NCBI GenBank assembly: GCA_963708025.1
Contig: CAVPSB010000044.1
Coordinates: 81,877-145,876 of the forward strand
Origin: an uncultured Candidatus Rokubacteria bacterium
GTDB lineage: Bacteria > Methylomirabilota > Methylomirabilia > Rokubacteriales > DASRDR01
Length of the DNA stretch: 64,000 bases
Direction: 5' to 3'
The position numbers and the translations under genes were made by a program. A model generated the notes under the pieces. That model saw nothing but the letters and a program-made list of their open reading frames with translations. It ran no database searches and was not told the DNA's origin. Position 1 is the stretch's first letter, and each line of letters begins with the position of its first letter. Shown here in pieces: positions 30,974-40,920 of this stretch.

Positions 30974-31249
30974 CTAGCCGGAAAGGTCGGCGACCGCGCC
31001 TGCCCGCGCCCCCGCACGGAAGACCTGGAGATGGCGGAGCTCCGTCCACGCGGCGCGCTCGGTGGGCTCGAGCAGGCGCCGGCGATCCGTCGCCCGGCGC
31101 TCCACCCCCTCGTGGCGTCCGCCCCGCCGGCGCTCGCCCAGGCGGCGATCGAACAGCACCTCGGCGGTGCCGGCGTAGCGGCGGCAGAGCGCTGCGAAGA
31201 GGCTCCGCTGATGTCGCTGGACGATGACCAGGCACTCGGCGTGATCCAT
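30974..31249 (-). CDS. Small Arg-rich hypothetical protein (DRR..ERR motifs)
   Basis: GAGGG SD before ATG 31249; MDHAECLVIVQRHQ...VLFDRRLGERRR...ERRATDRRR. Confidence 0.6.
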   Translation of the reverse strand: MDHAECLVIVQRHQRSLFAALCRRYAGTAEVLFDRRLGERRRGGRHEGVERRATDRRRLLEPTERAAWTELRHLQVFRAGARAGAVADLSG

Positions 31250-31373
31250 GGCACCCTCCCTCGCCGGCGGGTTTCCTCCTGTGGCTAAGCGGCCGGGTGC
31301 GCTGACGATACGCTTGGCGAGGCCGGGCGTCAAGCCGATCGGCGCCGTATCGGCGCCCGGGCAGCCCCCCTGC

Positions 31374-31994
31374 CTACCGCCCGAGTACCCTCTCCACAGT
31401 CAACCGCAGGACGTCGAGACTCACCGGCTTTTCCAGCCGAGCGACGACATTCGCCTGCGAGGCGACCTCATCGGGCAGATCACCGAGGAATCCGGAGAGC
31501 ACGACGATCGGGACTCCGCGCGACCGGGCGAGAAACTCCACACCGGACAGGCGCGGCATCCGGAGGTCGAGGAGGATCAGGTGAGGCAGCAGCTCCTTGG
31601 TGAGATCCAGCGCCTCGACCCCATCCTCGGCCGTCAGGACCGAGTAGCCGACGGCGGTCAGCACGCGCCCGAGAAGCAGCCGGATCGACCGGTCGTCCTC
31701 GGCGACCAGGATCCACTTCCGGGCCCTGATGCCTTCCCCTTTGGTAACCGGCTCCAGCTGTCGCCGCGACGCGCCGATCGGTCCGGACTCGCGGGTGGAG
31801 GGTCCTCGGCGGAGCCGGGAGAGGCGGAGACAGGCCGGTCCCAGGAGCGCCCGGCTTGAGCGCCGCAGGTGAGCCGTCCGCTGGCGTGACGTGGAACGAG
31901 AGATCATGTGACCCATTCCCTTCGAAACCGCGTGGATAGAGCAAACCGAATGCCAGACGCGGGCGTGACCCGCATCGCATTGATTTTCCGTCAA
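31374..31994 (-). CDS. Single-domain response regulator receiver (start uncertain, likely downstream)
   Basis: ILVAEDD, ILLDLRMP, VLSG, LEKP in the C-terminal ~120 aa. Confidence 0.8.
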   Translation of the reverse strand: MTENQCDAGHARVWHSVCSIHAVSKGMGHMISRSTSRQRTAHLRRSSRALLGPACLRLSRLRRGPSTRESGPIGASRRQLEPVTKGEGIRARKWILVAEDDRSIRLLLGRVLTAVGYSVLTAEDGVEALDLTKELLPHLILLDLRMPRLSGVEFLARSRGVPIVVLSGFLGDLPDEVASQANVVARLEKPVSLDVLRLTVERVLGR

Positions 31995-32084
31995 CGATCA
32001 GAGTCCCGGCCCCCGTGCTGACACGCCGGCGGTGAGTTCCTGACCGGTCTGGCGAGATTCCCTCCGCCCTCGGGCGGGGGGCGA

Positions 32085-32471
32085 TCAGCCACGCGGCTCG
32101 CCCGTCCTGGCCGGCAGTGCCGCGCGCACCGCGGCCACCAGCCGCTCGAGCGAGATCGGCTTCTCGAGCACGGCGGCGACGCCGAAGTCCCGCGCCTGCG
32201 CGGCCAGCTCCGGGGTCATCGATCCCGAGTAGAGGATCAGCGGGAAGTCCGCGTCGGTCCCGCGCAGCGCGGCGAGCAGGTTCAGCCCATTCATGCCCGG
32301 GAGCTGGTAGTCGGCGAGGACCAGGTTGAACCGGCGGTGCGCCAGCGCGTCCAGCGCTTCCGTGGCATCGGCGACGGCGACCGCCTCGAGCCCGGCGTCC
32401 GTCAGGGCCCCCATGAGCGCGGCGCGGACGGTCCGGGAGTCCTCGACCACGAGGACACGAGGGGGACTCAC
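32085..32471 (-). CDS. Single-domain response regulator receiver
   Basis: VLVVEDS, VLADYQLPGMNG, LYSG, LEKP; GTG start overlaps the upstream stop. Confidence 0.85.
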   Translation of the reverse strand: MSPPRVLVVEDSRTVRAALMGALTDAGLEAVAVADATEALDALAHRRFNLVLADYQLPGMNGLNLLAALRGTDADFPLILYSGSMTPELAAQARDFGVAAVLEKPISLERLVAAVRAALPARTGEPRG

Positions 32472-32689
32472 CTCACGCCTGCTCTGCGCGTCCCGGGCGG
32501 CGGCGAGGGGGCGCGGGTCTCCAGCAGCCACCCGACCCCCCAGAGCATGAGCCCACCCATGATGAGGCCGACGAGGGTTCCGGACACGAACGTGGCCGCC
32601 CCCGTGAACACCCAGGCGGTCACCGACCAGACGAGCACGCCGGTGAGCATGAGGCCGACGAGCAAGGTGATGACGTCGCGACCACTCAT
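32468..32689 (-). CDS. Small two-TM hypothetical membrane protein
   Basis: GGGAGGG SD, two hydrophobic helices, coupled to the downstream receiver gene. Confidence 0.65.
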   Translation of the reverse strand: MSGRDVITLLVGLMLTGVLVWSVTAWVFTGAATFVSGTLVGLIMGGLMLWGVGWLLETRAPSPPPGTRRAGVR

Positions 32690-32862
32690 GGATGGGGTCC
32701 CCTCCCGGGCTACCAAGCTACCCCAGAGGGCCCCGGAAAAAGAAGGAAAACCGCCCGGCCCCAGGAGTCCCGCGCGGGTAGCGCCGCCTGATCCCATCCC
32801 GGGGTTTCGCGTCTAATGGTTCCCCCAGTGGTAGCATCCGGTCAAACTCGAAGGGAGGGCAC

Positions 32863-33123
32863 ATGACGACACCGTTCGCGTTCCTGGCGAAGCCTTACAA
32901 GGACTTCACCAGCCTCAAGGGGGCCGAGGTCATGAAGAAGTACCGCGACGGCGTCGTGGTCAGCGGTCCGGTGCTCCGGACGTTGAAGGAGATCGGTGCT
33001 GCACGACGCCAGTTCCGAAGTGAGCGATCTGCGCGTGTGAGGACAACGCCAGCAGCTAGGATAGACCAAGACTGCCGACGACATCCTCGCGAGCCTAGAC
33101 CGCTTTTGTCATCGAACCTCTAA
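32863..33123 (+). pseudogene. Short ORF or gene fragment of unknown function
   Basis: Strong SD (GGGAGGG). First ~45 codons look protein-like, the rest looks degenerate. Confidence 0.35.
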
Positions 33124-33142
33124 CTCGGGACACTAGCGCCGA

Positions 33143-33673
33143 ATGCCCACATTCGTCGGCCACGCGGCGGTGATCGCGACGGCCGGTGTGCTCGCCCGCG
33201 CCCGGCTGAAGGTCGTCCTGTGGGCGATCGGCTGCGCCGTCCTGCCCGATCTCGACGTGTTCGCTTATGGTTTCGGCGTGCCGTGGGACAGCATGCTCGG
33301 CCACCGAGGCTTCACCCATACCGTGCTCTTCGCGCTCCTTCTCGGCCCCGCCGCCGCCTGGCTCGGTTTTCGCGCCCGGCCCCGCCGCGGGTTCTGGCGG
33401 CTCACGGCGGTGTTCTCGGCCGCGACGCTGTCGCACCCGGTGCTCGACGCCTTCACCAACGGCGGTCTCGGCATCCCCTTCTTCTGGCCGCTCGACGACA
33501 CGCGATACTTCATGCCGTGGAGGCCGCTCGAGGTCTCGCCGTTCCTGCGCGGATTCTTCTCCGGGCGCGGCGCCGAGGTGGCGCTGAGCGAGCTGAAATG
33601 GATCGGTGTGCCGTGCGCGCTCGCGCTCGCCCTGTACGGCTTGCGCCGCCTGGCGGCGCGGCGGAGCAGATGA
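33143..33673 (+). CDS. YdjM/DUF457-like membrane-bound metal-dependent hydrolase
   Basis: GH, LPDLDV, GHRGFTHT, SHPVLDAFTNGGLG, FFWP. Confidence 0.85.
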   Translation: MPTFVGHAAVIATAGVLARARLKVVLWAIGCAVLPDLDVFAYGFGVPWDSMLGHRGFTHTVLFALLLGPAAAWLGFRARPRRGFWRLTAVFSAATLSHPVLDAFTNGGLGIPFFWPLDDTRYFMPWRPLEVSPFLRGFFSGRGAEVALSELKWIGVPCALALALYGLRRLAARRSR

Positions 33674-33811
33674 AGATCCGCATCCTCTCCGACCTGCACC
33701 TCGAGGCGGTCCCGTTCAACCCGCCACCGCGCCGGCGGACGTCGTGGTGCTGGCGGGCGACATCGACAACGGCGCGGAGGATCGAATGGGCGAAGGCGCG
33801 GTTCGACGCAC
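33670..33811 (+). pseudogene. Truncated, frameshifted metallophosphoesterase fragment
   Basis: MKIRILSDLHLE, then ADVVVLAGDIDNG and IEWAKARF in shifted frames; cut off after ~45 codons. Confidence 0.75.
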
Positions 33812-33960
33812 CTCAGCGGGCACAAGACGGCCAGCGTCTATCGCCGGTACCGGATCGTTGACGAGGACGACGTCCGCCAAGCCTTCGCCCGAATGCAGGC
33901 GGACCTAACGGAGCGGACGGTGGGAACGGTGGTGCCGCTCAGCGAGGCTCGCGGGTCCAT
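33812..33960 (+). mobile_element. C-terminal remnant of a tyrosine integrase
   Basis: LSGHKTASVYRRYRIVDEDDVRQAFAR (box II with catalytic Tyr), next to the tRNA 3' end. Confidence 0.75.
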
Positions 33961-34037
33961 CCGAACGGCGACCCGCACAAATCCCGCACACCAGAAGGGG
34001 CGGCTCGTCGCCGCCCCTTCTAACTACACGGGATACT

Positions 34038-34113
34038 TGGTGGAGGGTAAGGGAGTTGAACCCTCGACCTCTGGAGTGCGATTCCAGCGCTCTCCCAACT
34101 GAGCTAACCCCCC
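34038..34113 (-). tRNA. tRNA-Ala (anticodon CGC)
   Basis: 76-nt cloverleaf GGGGGGTTAGCTCAGTTGGGAGAGCG CTGGA ATCGCAC TCCAG...TTCAACT...ACCCTCCACCA, with G3:U70 and encoded CCA. Confidence 0.96.
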
Positions 34114-34433
34114 GGACGGACCTTACGATACACCGGGGTCCGCGGGCTTGTCCACTCCGCGGCCGGTCCGGCCGGCAGGAGGCGCTGGCGACGAAGAAAT
34201 GGACCTCCCTCCGTGCATGCCAACAGCCCCGCGATGACGCCGGTCAGGAACACGCCGTCGAAGGTGCCGGCGCCGCCGATCGAGACCACCGGCGCTCCCA
34301 GCGCGGCGATGCGCTCGAGGTTGAGGAGGTCCGCGCCGATCAGGGTGCCCTGGGACCCCGCGACGTAGGCCACCGGTGGCGCCCGCCGAAACGCCATCAC
34401 CAGGGCGACCGCCGCCGCGACGATGGGGGGCAC
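34104..34433 (-). pseudogene. C-terminal fragment of a DUF1614-like membrane protein
   Basis: AYVAGSQGTLIGADLLNL...SIGGAGTFDGVFLTG. The N-terminal part is missing and the frame runs into the tRNA. Confidence 0.65.
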
Positions 34434-34509
34434 GGATCATCGGAGTCGATCACCCCACTCGCCCGATCGAGCCGGTCGCGCCGAGGCGCGTAGTCTTTCC
34501 GGCGGTCGG

Positions 34510-35277
34510 TCAGGACCCCGCCGGCGGCTGCATGGCCCGCAGGAACGGGCTGAAGAGGTCGATCGGGACCGGGAAGAAGGTGGTCGTGTTGCGCTCGGAG
34601 GCCACCTCGCGCATGGTCTGGAGGAAGCGGAGCTGCACGGCGATGGGCGTGGCGGCCAGGACGGTGGCCGCCTGGGCCAGCTTCTCGGCGGCCTGGAACT
34701 CGCCCTCGGCGTTGATGACCTTGGCCCGCCGCTCGCGCTCGGCCTCGGCCTGCTTGGACATGGCGCGCTGCATGTCCTGGGGCAGGTCCACGTGTTTGAC
34801 CTCCACGTTGCTGACCTTCACCCCCCAGGGGTCGGTCTGCTCGTCGATGATCCGCTGGAGCTGTTGGTTGATCTTGTCCCGCGAGGACAGGAGGTCGTCC
34901 AGCTCCACCTGGCCGAGCACGCTCCGGAGCGTGGTCTGGGCGATCTGGGAGGTCGCGTAGAGGTAGTCCTCGACCTGGACCACTGCCTGCCGGGGGTCGA
35001 TCACGCGGAAGAAGATGACCGCGTTCACCTTGACCGAGACGTTGTCCCGGGTGATGACGTCCTGGGGCGGCACGTCCATCGCGATGGTCCGCAGGCTCAC
35101 CTTGACCATCTTGTCCACGAACGGGATCAGGAGGATGATCCCCGGCCCCTTGGCGGCGATCAGGCGGCCGAGCCGGAAGATGACCCCCCGCTCGTACTCC
35201 CGGAGGATCTTGATCGCCGAGAAGAGGAAGTAGAGGACGACGACGATGGCCGCGACCAGCGAGATGCTCAGTTCCAT
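34510..35277 (-). CDS. SPFH/stomatin-like (slipin) protein
   Basis: [41 protein letters not shown]. Confidence 0.95.
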   Translation of the reverse strand: MELSISLVAAIVVVLYFLFSAIKILREYERGVIFRLGRLIAAKGPGIILLIPFVDKMVKVSLRTIAMDVPPQDVITRDNVSVKVNAVIFFRVIDPRQAVVQVEDYLYATSQIAQTTLRSVLGQVELDDLLSSRDKINQQLQRIIDEQTDPWGVKVSNVEVKHVDLPQDMQRAMSKQAEAERERRAKVINAEGEFQAAEKLAQAATVLAATPIAVQLRFLQTMREVASERNTTTFFPVPIDLFSPFLRAMQPPAGS

Positions 35278-35305
35278 GATGTCCCCCGGTTTCTCCGCTT
35301 CCCGG

Positions 35306-36613
35306 CTAGACGCGCTTCACGCGCACGGTCAGGCCGTCGACGCCGACGATCCGGACCTGCTCGCCCTCCCCGATGCGGTCGCCCTCCGACACCGCGCGCC
35401 AGATCTCGCCGCGCACGAAGACCTGGCCGTCGGGGTCGATCGGCGTCCGCACCATCCCCACCTGCCCGATCAGGCCGTCGGAGCCGGTCGCCGGCCGCTG
35501 GAGCTGAGCCCGGATCCCGGCCGAGATGGCGAAGACGAAGATCCCCGCGGTGGCCGCCACCACCGGGACGATGACCTTCCACGAGACCGACAGCGGCAGC
35601 TCGGGGGTGTTGACCAGCATGAGCGAGCCGAGCACGATGGCGATGATGCCGCCGATCGTCAGCACGCCGTGGCTCACGATCTTGATCTCGGCGACCAGCA
35701 GGACGATGCCGAAGAGGATCAGCAGGAGCCCGGCGTAGTTGATCGGCAGGCTCTGGAAGGCGAAGAAGGCCAGGATCAGCGAGATGCCCCCGATGACGCC
35801 GGGCAGGATGACGCCGGGGTTGGCCAGCTCGAAGAAGAGCCCCAGCATCCCGAGCATCATGAGGACGTAGGCGACGTTCGGGTCGGTGATCAGGGCGAGG
35901 AAGCGATCGCGCCAGCCGACGTCGATGGGCCGGGCGGTGGCGTCCTTCGTCCGGAGCGTCACCATCCCGGCGGTCGTCTTGACCTGCCGCCCGTCGATCT
36001 TGGCGAGGAGGTCGGGCAGGCTGTCGGCGACGAGGTCGATGATCCCGAGCTTGAGGGCCTCCCGCTCGGTGGCCGAGACGCTCTGGCGGACGGCCTTCTC
36101 GGCCCACTCGACGTTCCGGCCCCGCTCCAGCGCCACCGTCCGGATGAAGGCGGCGGCGTCGTTCTCGATCTTCTTCATCGACTCCTTGTCGATCTGCCCG
36201 CCCCCGGCGGCCACCGGGTGGGCCGCGCCGATGTTGGTGGCCGGCGCCATGGCGGCGACGTGGGCGGCCATCGTGATGAAGGCCCCGGCCGAGGCGGCCC
36301 GGGCGCCGGTGGGCGAGACGTAGACGACCACCGGGATGGGCGCGTTCAGCATGTCCCGGACGATGGAGCGCATCGACCGCTCGAGGCCCCCGGGGGTGTC
36401 GAGCTGGATGACCAGGGCCGCGGCCCCCTCGGCCTTGGCCTGCTGGATGGCGCCGCTGACCAGCCGGACCGCGATCGGGCTGATGACCCCGTCGAGCTGG
36501 AGGGTGGAGACCGTGGCCGCGCCGGCCGGCCCGGCCGCGGCGAGCGCCAGGGCCAGGCCCAGGGCGGCCGGGAGTCGCCATCCGAGAGAGACAGCGAGGC
36601 CGCGTGGCGTCAT
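35306..36613 (-). CDS. nfeD: NfeD long form (ClpP-like protease, TM, OB-fold)
   Basis: [34 protein letters not shown]-terminal GEIWRA. Confidence 0.92.
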   Translation of the reverse strand: MTPRGLAVSLGWRLPAALGLALALAAAGPAGAATVSTLQLDGVISPIAVRLVSGAIQQAKAEGAAALVIQLDTPGGLERSMRSIVRDMLNAPIPVVVYVSPTGARAASAGAFITMAAHVAAMAPATNIGAAHPVAAGGGQIDKESMKKIENDAAAFIRTVALERGRNVEWAEKAVRQSVSATEREALKLGIIDLVADSLPDLLAKIDGRQVKTTAGMVTLRTKDATARPIDVGWRDRFLALITDPNVAYVLMMLGMLGLFFELANPGVILPGVIGGISLILAFFAFQSLPINYAGLLLILFGIVLLVAEIKIVSHGVLTIGGIIAIVLGSLMLVNTPELPLSVSWKVIVPVVAATAGIFVFAISAGIRAQLQRPATGSDGLIGQVGMVRTPIDPDGQVFVRGEIWRAVSEGDRIGEGEQVRIVGVDGLTVRVKRV

Positions 36614-36660
36614 GGGTGACCTCATGATAGCACGCGGCCGGCCCCCCGGGCCGCCGTCCG

Positions 36661-37602
36661 TCAGCGGTTCAGGGCCACCAGCGAGATGAACTCGAAGAGC
36701 AGGTTGGCCCCCAGGAGCGCGGTGATCTGCCCCGGGCCGTCGTACTGCGGCGCCACCTCGACGAGGTCGAAGCCGACGAAGTCGAGGCCCCGGAGCCCTC
36801 GCACGAGGCTCAGCGCCTCGTACGAGGTCAGCCCCCCGACCTCGGGAGTGCCGGTCCCGGGCGCGTAGGCCGGATCGACGGCGTCGATGTCGAACGAGAG
36901 ATAGACCTTGCCGCCCCGGAGCCGGCTGTACTGCTCGACGGCCCAGCCGACCCCCTGCTCCTTGAGGGCCTCCACCCGCAGGACCGTGAACCCGTGCTGG
37001 GCCTGGAAGTCGAAATCTTGCGCGCTGTAGAGCGGTCCGCGGATCGCGACCTGGAAGGTCCGCCGCGGGTCGATCAGGTTCTCCTCGACGGCCCGCCGGA
37101 ACATGGTGCCGTGAAAGTACCGGGAGCCGAAGTACTGGTCCCAGGTGTCGGGGTGGGAGTCGAAGTGGACCAGGGCCACCGGGCCGTGGCGCTTGGCGAG
37201 GGCCCGCAGGATCGGGAGCGCGATCGAGTGGTCGCCGCCGATGGAGACGGGGATGCAGCCGGCGGCCAGGATGGCGGTCACCTCCTGCTCGACGATCTCG
37301 TTGGTCCGCTCGATCGAGACCGGCGAGATGTCGATGTCCCCGTAGTCGGCGATCCGCAGCGCCTCGAAGGGTGAGACCTTGAGCACGGGATTCCACGGCC
37401 GGATCATGGATGACTGCGAGCGGATCTCGCGCGGGCCGAAGCGGGCCCCCGCCCGGTAGGAGGTGCCCCCGTCGTAGGGGATGCCGACCAGGGCCACGTC
37501 GAGGTCGGCCGGGTTCCGGTGGTGGGGCAGCCGCATGAAGGTCGGGATCTGGGAGAAGCGCGGGGACTTGAAGGCGTCGATCGGCTGGAACGGGTTGGTC
37601 AT
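36661..37602 (-). CDS. speB: Agmatinase/ureohydrolase family protein
   Basis: TFMRLP, GARFGP, GGDHS, HFDSHPD, HGT, SFDID, GTGTPE. Substrate not established. Confidence 0.85.
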   Translation of the reverse strand: MTNPFQPIDAFKSPRFSQIPTFMRLPHHRNPADLDVALVGIPYDGGTSYRAGARFGPREIRSQSSMIRPWNPVLKVSPFEALRIADYGDIDISPVSIERTNEIVEQEVTAILAAGCIPVSIGGDHSIALPILRALAKRHGPVALVHFDSHPDTWDQYFGSRYFHGTMFRRAVEENLIDPRRTFQVAIRGPLYSAQDFDFQAQHGFTVLRVEALKEQGVGWAVEQYSRLRGGKVYLSFDIDAVDPAYAPGTGTPEVGGLTSYEALSLVRGLRGLDFVGFDLVEVAPQYDGPGQITALLGANLLFEFISLVALNR

Positions 37603-38397
37603 CTTCCCTCCGGCGCGGCAGCTTCCAGTGTGCGCAGGGCCTCCTCGCGGATGAGCTGCATGACCCGGCGCTTGAGCATGACGAAGGCCTCCGAGGTCAG
37701 GTGGTCCACGGTGCGGGGCCGGGGCAGCGGGACCTGGATCTCCTCGCGGATCCGCCCCGGCCGGGCGGTCATGACGAGGACGCGGTCGGCCAGGAACAGC
37801 GCCTCGTCGATGTCGTGGGTGACGAAGAGCACGGTCTTCGCGGCCTCCCCCCAGACGCGGAGGAGCAGCTCCCCCATCAGGGCGCGGGTCTGGGCGTCCA
37901 GCGCGCCGAAGGGCTCGTCCATGAGGAGCACGGCCGGGTCGTTGGCCAGCGCGCGGGCGATCGCCACCCGCTGCATCATGCCCCCGGACAGCTCCCGGGG
38001 GTAGACGTGCTCGAAGCCGCGGAGGCCGACCTGGCCGATGTAGCGGTGGGCCAGGGTCTCCCGCTCGCCGGCCGGCAGCCCCCGGAGGCGCGGCCCGAAC
38101 TCGACGTTGCGCTTGACGGTGAGCCAGGGGAAGAGCGTGTAGGCCTGGAAGACCATCCCGCGGTCGGCCCCGGGGTCGGTGACCGGACGGCCGTCGAGGA
38201 GGACGCGGCCGCTGGACGGCGGGACGAGCCCGGCCACCAGGCGGAGGATCGTCGACTTGCCGCAGCCCGAGGTGCCCACCAGGACGGCGAACTCCTGGTC
38301 TTCGACCTCGAAGCTCACGTCGTCCAGCGCGGTGATCGACCTCGCCCCGGCGCGTCCGGTACCGCATCGTGAGCCGCTCGAGGGTCAGCCGCGCCAC
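37599..38397 (-). CDS. ABC transporter ATP-binding protein (TauB/SsuB type; 1-nt insertion near 38337)
   Basis: [35 protein letters not shown]-terminus [13 protein letters not shown] is in another frame. Confidence 0.9.
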
Positions 38398-38422
38398 GGA
38401 CCGCGCTCCGGCGCCGGGAAGG

Positions 38423-39908
38423 CTAGCCGGTCTGCTGCCGGGGATGGTCGGCGGCGACCTCGGCCCACGGACTGCCGCCGAGGAGCCGTTCCAGCACGCG
38501 CTCGACATCCGCGAGCGGCACGCGGATCTGCTCCATCGAGTCCCGGTCGCGGATGGTCACCTTCCCGTCCCCCTGCTCTCCCTTGGCCGCGTCGCCCACC
38601 GTCTGGACGTCCACGGTGACGCAGTAGGGCGTGCCGACCTCGTCCTGGCGCCGGTAGAGCCGCCCGATGGCGGCGGTGTCGTCGTAGACGGCGACCCAGC
38701 GCCGGGCGAGCCGGTCCCGGAGCGCCCAGGCCCGGGCGACGATGTCGTCCCGCTTCTTGAGGAGCGGCAGCACGGCGATCTTCACCGGCGCGATCTCGGG
38801 ATGGAAGCGGAGGACCACGCGCTTCTCCCCGCGCACCTCCTCGGCGTGGTAGGCGTCGGTCAGGAAGGCCAGGAGGCTCCGGTCCACCCCGGCCGCCGGC
38901 TCGATGACGAACGGGACGACGTGGGTCTTCCGCTCGTCGTCGAAGTAGCGTGAGCGACTTCCCGCTCACCTCGGCGTGGCGGCGGAGGTCGTAGTCGGTG
39001 CGGTTGGCGATCCCCTCCAGCTCGCTCCAGCCGATGGCGAAGTGGTACTCGACGTCCACGCACCGCTTGGCGTAGTGGGCCAGCTCGTCCTTGCCGTGCT
39101 CGCGGAGCCGGATGTTGTCGGCCTGGATGCCGTAACGCTGGTACCAGGCGAAGCGCTCCTGGATCCAGACGTCGTGCCAGTGCTCGTCGGCCGGCTGGCC
39201 GTCCACGGTGTCGAGCGGGCTCACGAAGAACTCCAGCTCCATCTGCTCGAACTCGCGGGTGCGGAAGATGAAGTTCCCCGGCGTGATCTCGTTCCGGAAG
39301 CTCCGGCCGATCTGGGCGATGCCGAACGGGAGCTTGCGCCGCGTGGCCTGCAGCACGTTGTCGAAGTTGACGAACATGCCCTGGGCCGTCTCCGGCCGGA
39401 GGTAGGTCGCGGCCGCCTCGTCCTCCACCGGGCCCAGGAAGGTCTTCAGCATCAGGTTGAACTGCCGGGGCTCGGTCAGCTCGCCCTTGCCACACTCGGG
39501 GCAGAGCGTCCGCCGGGCGCCGCAGTGCTTGCACGGCTCGCCGGCCGGCACCTCGAACTTGTTGTCCTTCTTGGCCGGGCAGTAGTGCACCCACGTCTGG
39601 CTGTCCAGGTGGTCGGCCCGGAAGCGGCGCTTGCAGGCCCGGCAGTCCACCATCGGGTCGCTGAACCGCTCGACGTGGCCGCTGGCCTGCCAGACCCGGG
39701 GGTGCATGAGAATGGCCGCTTCCAGCCCGACCACGTCGCGGCGGAGGTGCACCGTGTCGCGCCACCAGAGGTTCCGGATGTTGCGGCGCAGCTCGACGCC
39801 CAGCGGGCCGTAGTCCCATGAGGAGCCGAGGCCGCCGTAGATCTCGCTGGACTGGAAGACGAAGCCCCGCCGCTTGCACAGCGAGACGAGCGTGTCCATG
39901 TCGACCAT
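38423..39908 (-). CDS. glyQS: Glycine--tRNA ligase, alpha2 type (1-nt insertion near 38949)
   Basis: [44 protein letters not shown], then YFDDE...[10 protein letters not shown]...[20 protein letters not shown] in the shifted frame. Confidence 0.94.
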
Positions 39909-39959
39909 GAGGGAGAGCCTAGCACACGGGGCGAGCGCCCGCCACGCGGGCCGCTCCAT

Positions 39960-40062
39960 TCCCTCTCCCCCGCCGGGGGACAGGGTCAGGGTGAGGGGGT
40001 CCTCCCGCGCCACGCATCGACCCTCACCCCGACTCTCTCCCTGGAAGGGAGAGGGAGAGGAG
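39960..40062. repeat. Repeat family 4 (CCCTCACCC..CCCTCTCCC..GGGAGAGGG), inverted doublet
   Basis: Two oppositely oriented hairpin units; similar units at 40861 and 57594. Confidence 0.8.
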
Positions 40063-40064
40063 GG

Positions 40065-40856
40065 TCAGCCCGCCTTGGGGGACCAGGGCAGGAGCCAGCG
40101 GTGGAGGTACTTGAAGCACTGGTCGGTGGCGAGGCCGAGGAGCCCGATCACCATGATGCCCACGAAGATGCGATCGACGAAGAACCCGCGCATGGAGTTC
40201 AGGATCATGTAGCCGAGGCCCCGCTGAGCCGCGACCAGCTCGGCCACCACCAGGTACGTCCAGGCCCAGCCCATGGTGATGCGGAGGGTGTCCATCACCC
40301 CGGGCAGAGTCGCCGGGATGAGCACCCGGGACACCACCTGCCCCCGGCCCGCGCCCAGGGTGTACGAGACGTCGAGGAGGTCGCGCGAGACGTGGGCCGA
40401 GACGTCCGCGATGAGGATCATCTGCTGGAAGAAGGTGCCGATGAAGATGACGGCGACGCGGGCCTCGTAGTCGATCCCGACCCACAGGATCAGGAGGGGG
40501 ATCATGGCGCTGACCGGCAGGTAGCGGACGAAGTTCACGACCGGCTCCAGCGTGGCCTCGGCCAGCGGGAACGAGCCCATGAGGATGCCGAGCGGGACGG
40601 CCAGGATCGAGGCCATGGCGAAGCCGGTGAAGATCACGAAGCAGGACGCGCGGATGTGGATCCACAGGGTGCCGTCGCCGACGAGCTCGATCCCGGTCTC
40701 CACCACCCGGTGGGGTGCGGGCAGGAAGTCGGCCCGCACGAGGCCGCCGTAGGTGAGGAGCGCCCAGCCACCGAGCATCGCCACGACCGTGAGGCCGCTG
40801 GCCGCCAGGTAGACGCGCGGCGGGATCGGCTCCTTCGGCTTGAGCCAGGAGGTCAT
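40065..40856 (-). CDS. ABC transporter permease (TauC/SsuC type)
   Basis: FLPAP, RYLPVSAMIPLLILWVG, TLGA, AWTYLVVAEL, GLGY. Confidence 0.92.
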   Translation of the reverse strand: MTSWLKPKEPIPPRVYLAASGLTVVAMLGGWALLTYGGLVRADFLPAPHRVVETGIELVGDGTLWIHIRASCFVIFTGFAMASILAVPLGILMGSFPLAEATLEPVVNFVRYLPVSAMIPLLILWVGIDYEARVAVIFIGTFFQQMILIADVSAHVSRDLLDVSYTLGAGRGQVVSRVLIPATLPGVMDTLRITMGWAWTYLVVAELVAAQRGLGYMILNSMRGFFVDRIFVGIMVIGLLGLATDQCFKYLHRWLLPWSPKAG

Positions 40857-40860
40857 CGAG

Positions 40861-40900
40861 CCCCCTCACCCTGCCCTCTCCCCCGAGGCGGGGGAGAGGG
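40861..40900. repeat. Repeat family 4, single unit
   Basis: CCCCTCACCCTGCCCTCTCCCC...GGGGAGAGGG. Confidence 0.8.
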
Positions 40901-40920
40901 ATTCGATCGCAGGGCGAGCG

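Noticed and set aside
32800-32862. att site duplicating the tRNA-Ala 3' end
   Set aside because: No convincing copy of TGGTGGAGGGT found by eye.
38330-38955. Frameshifts in glyQS (~38949) and the ABC ATPase (~38337) as programmed events
   Set aside because: One-base insertions with no shared motif, in otherwise undecayed genes.
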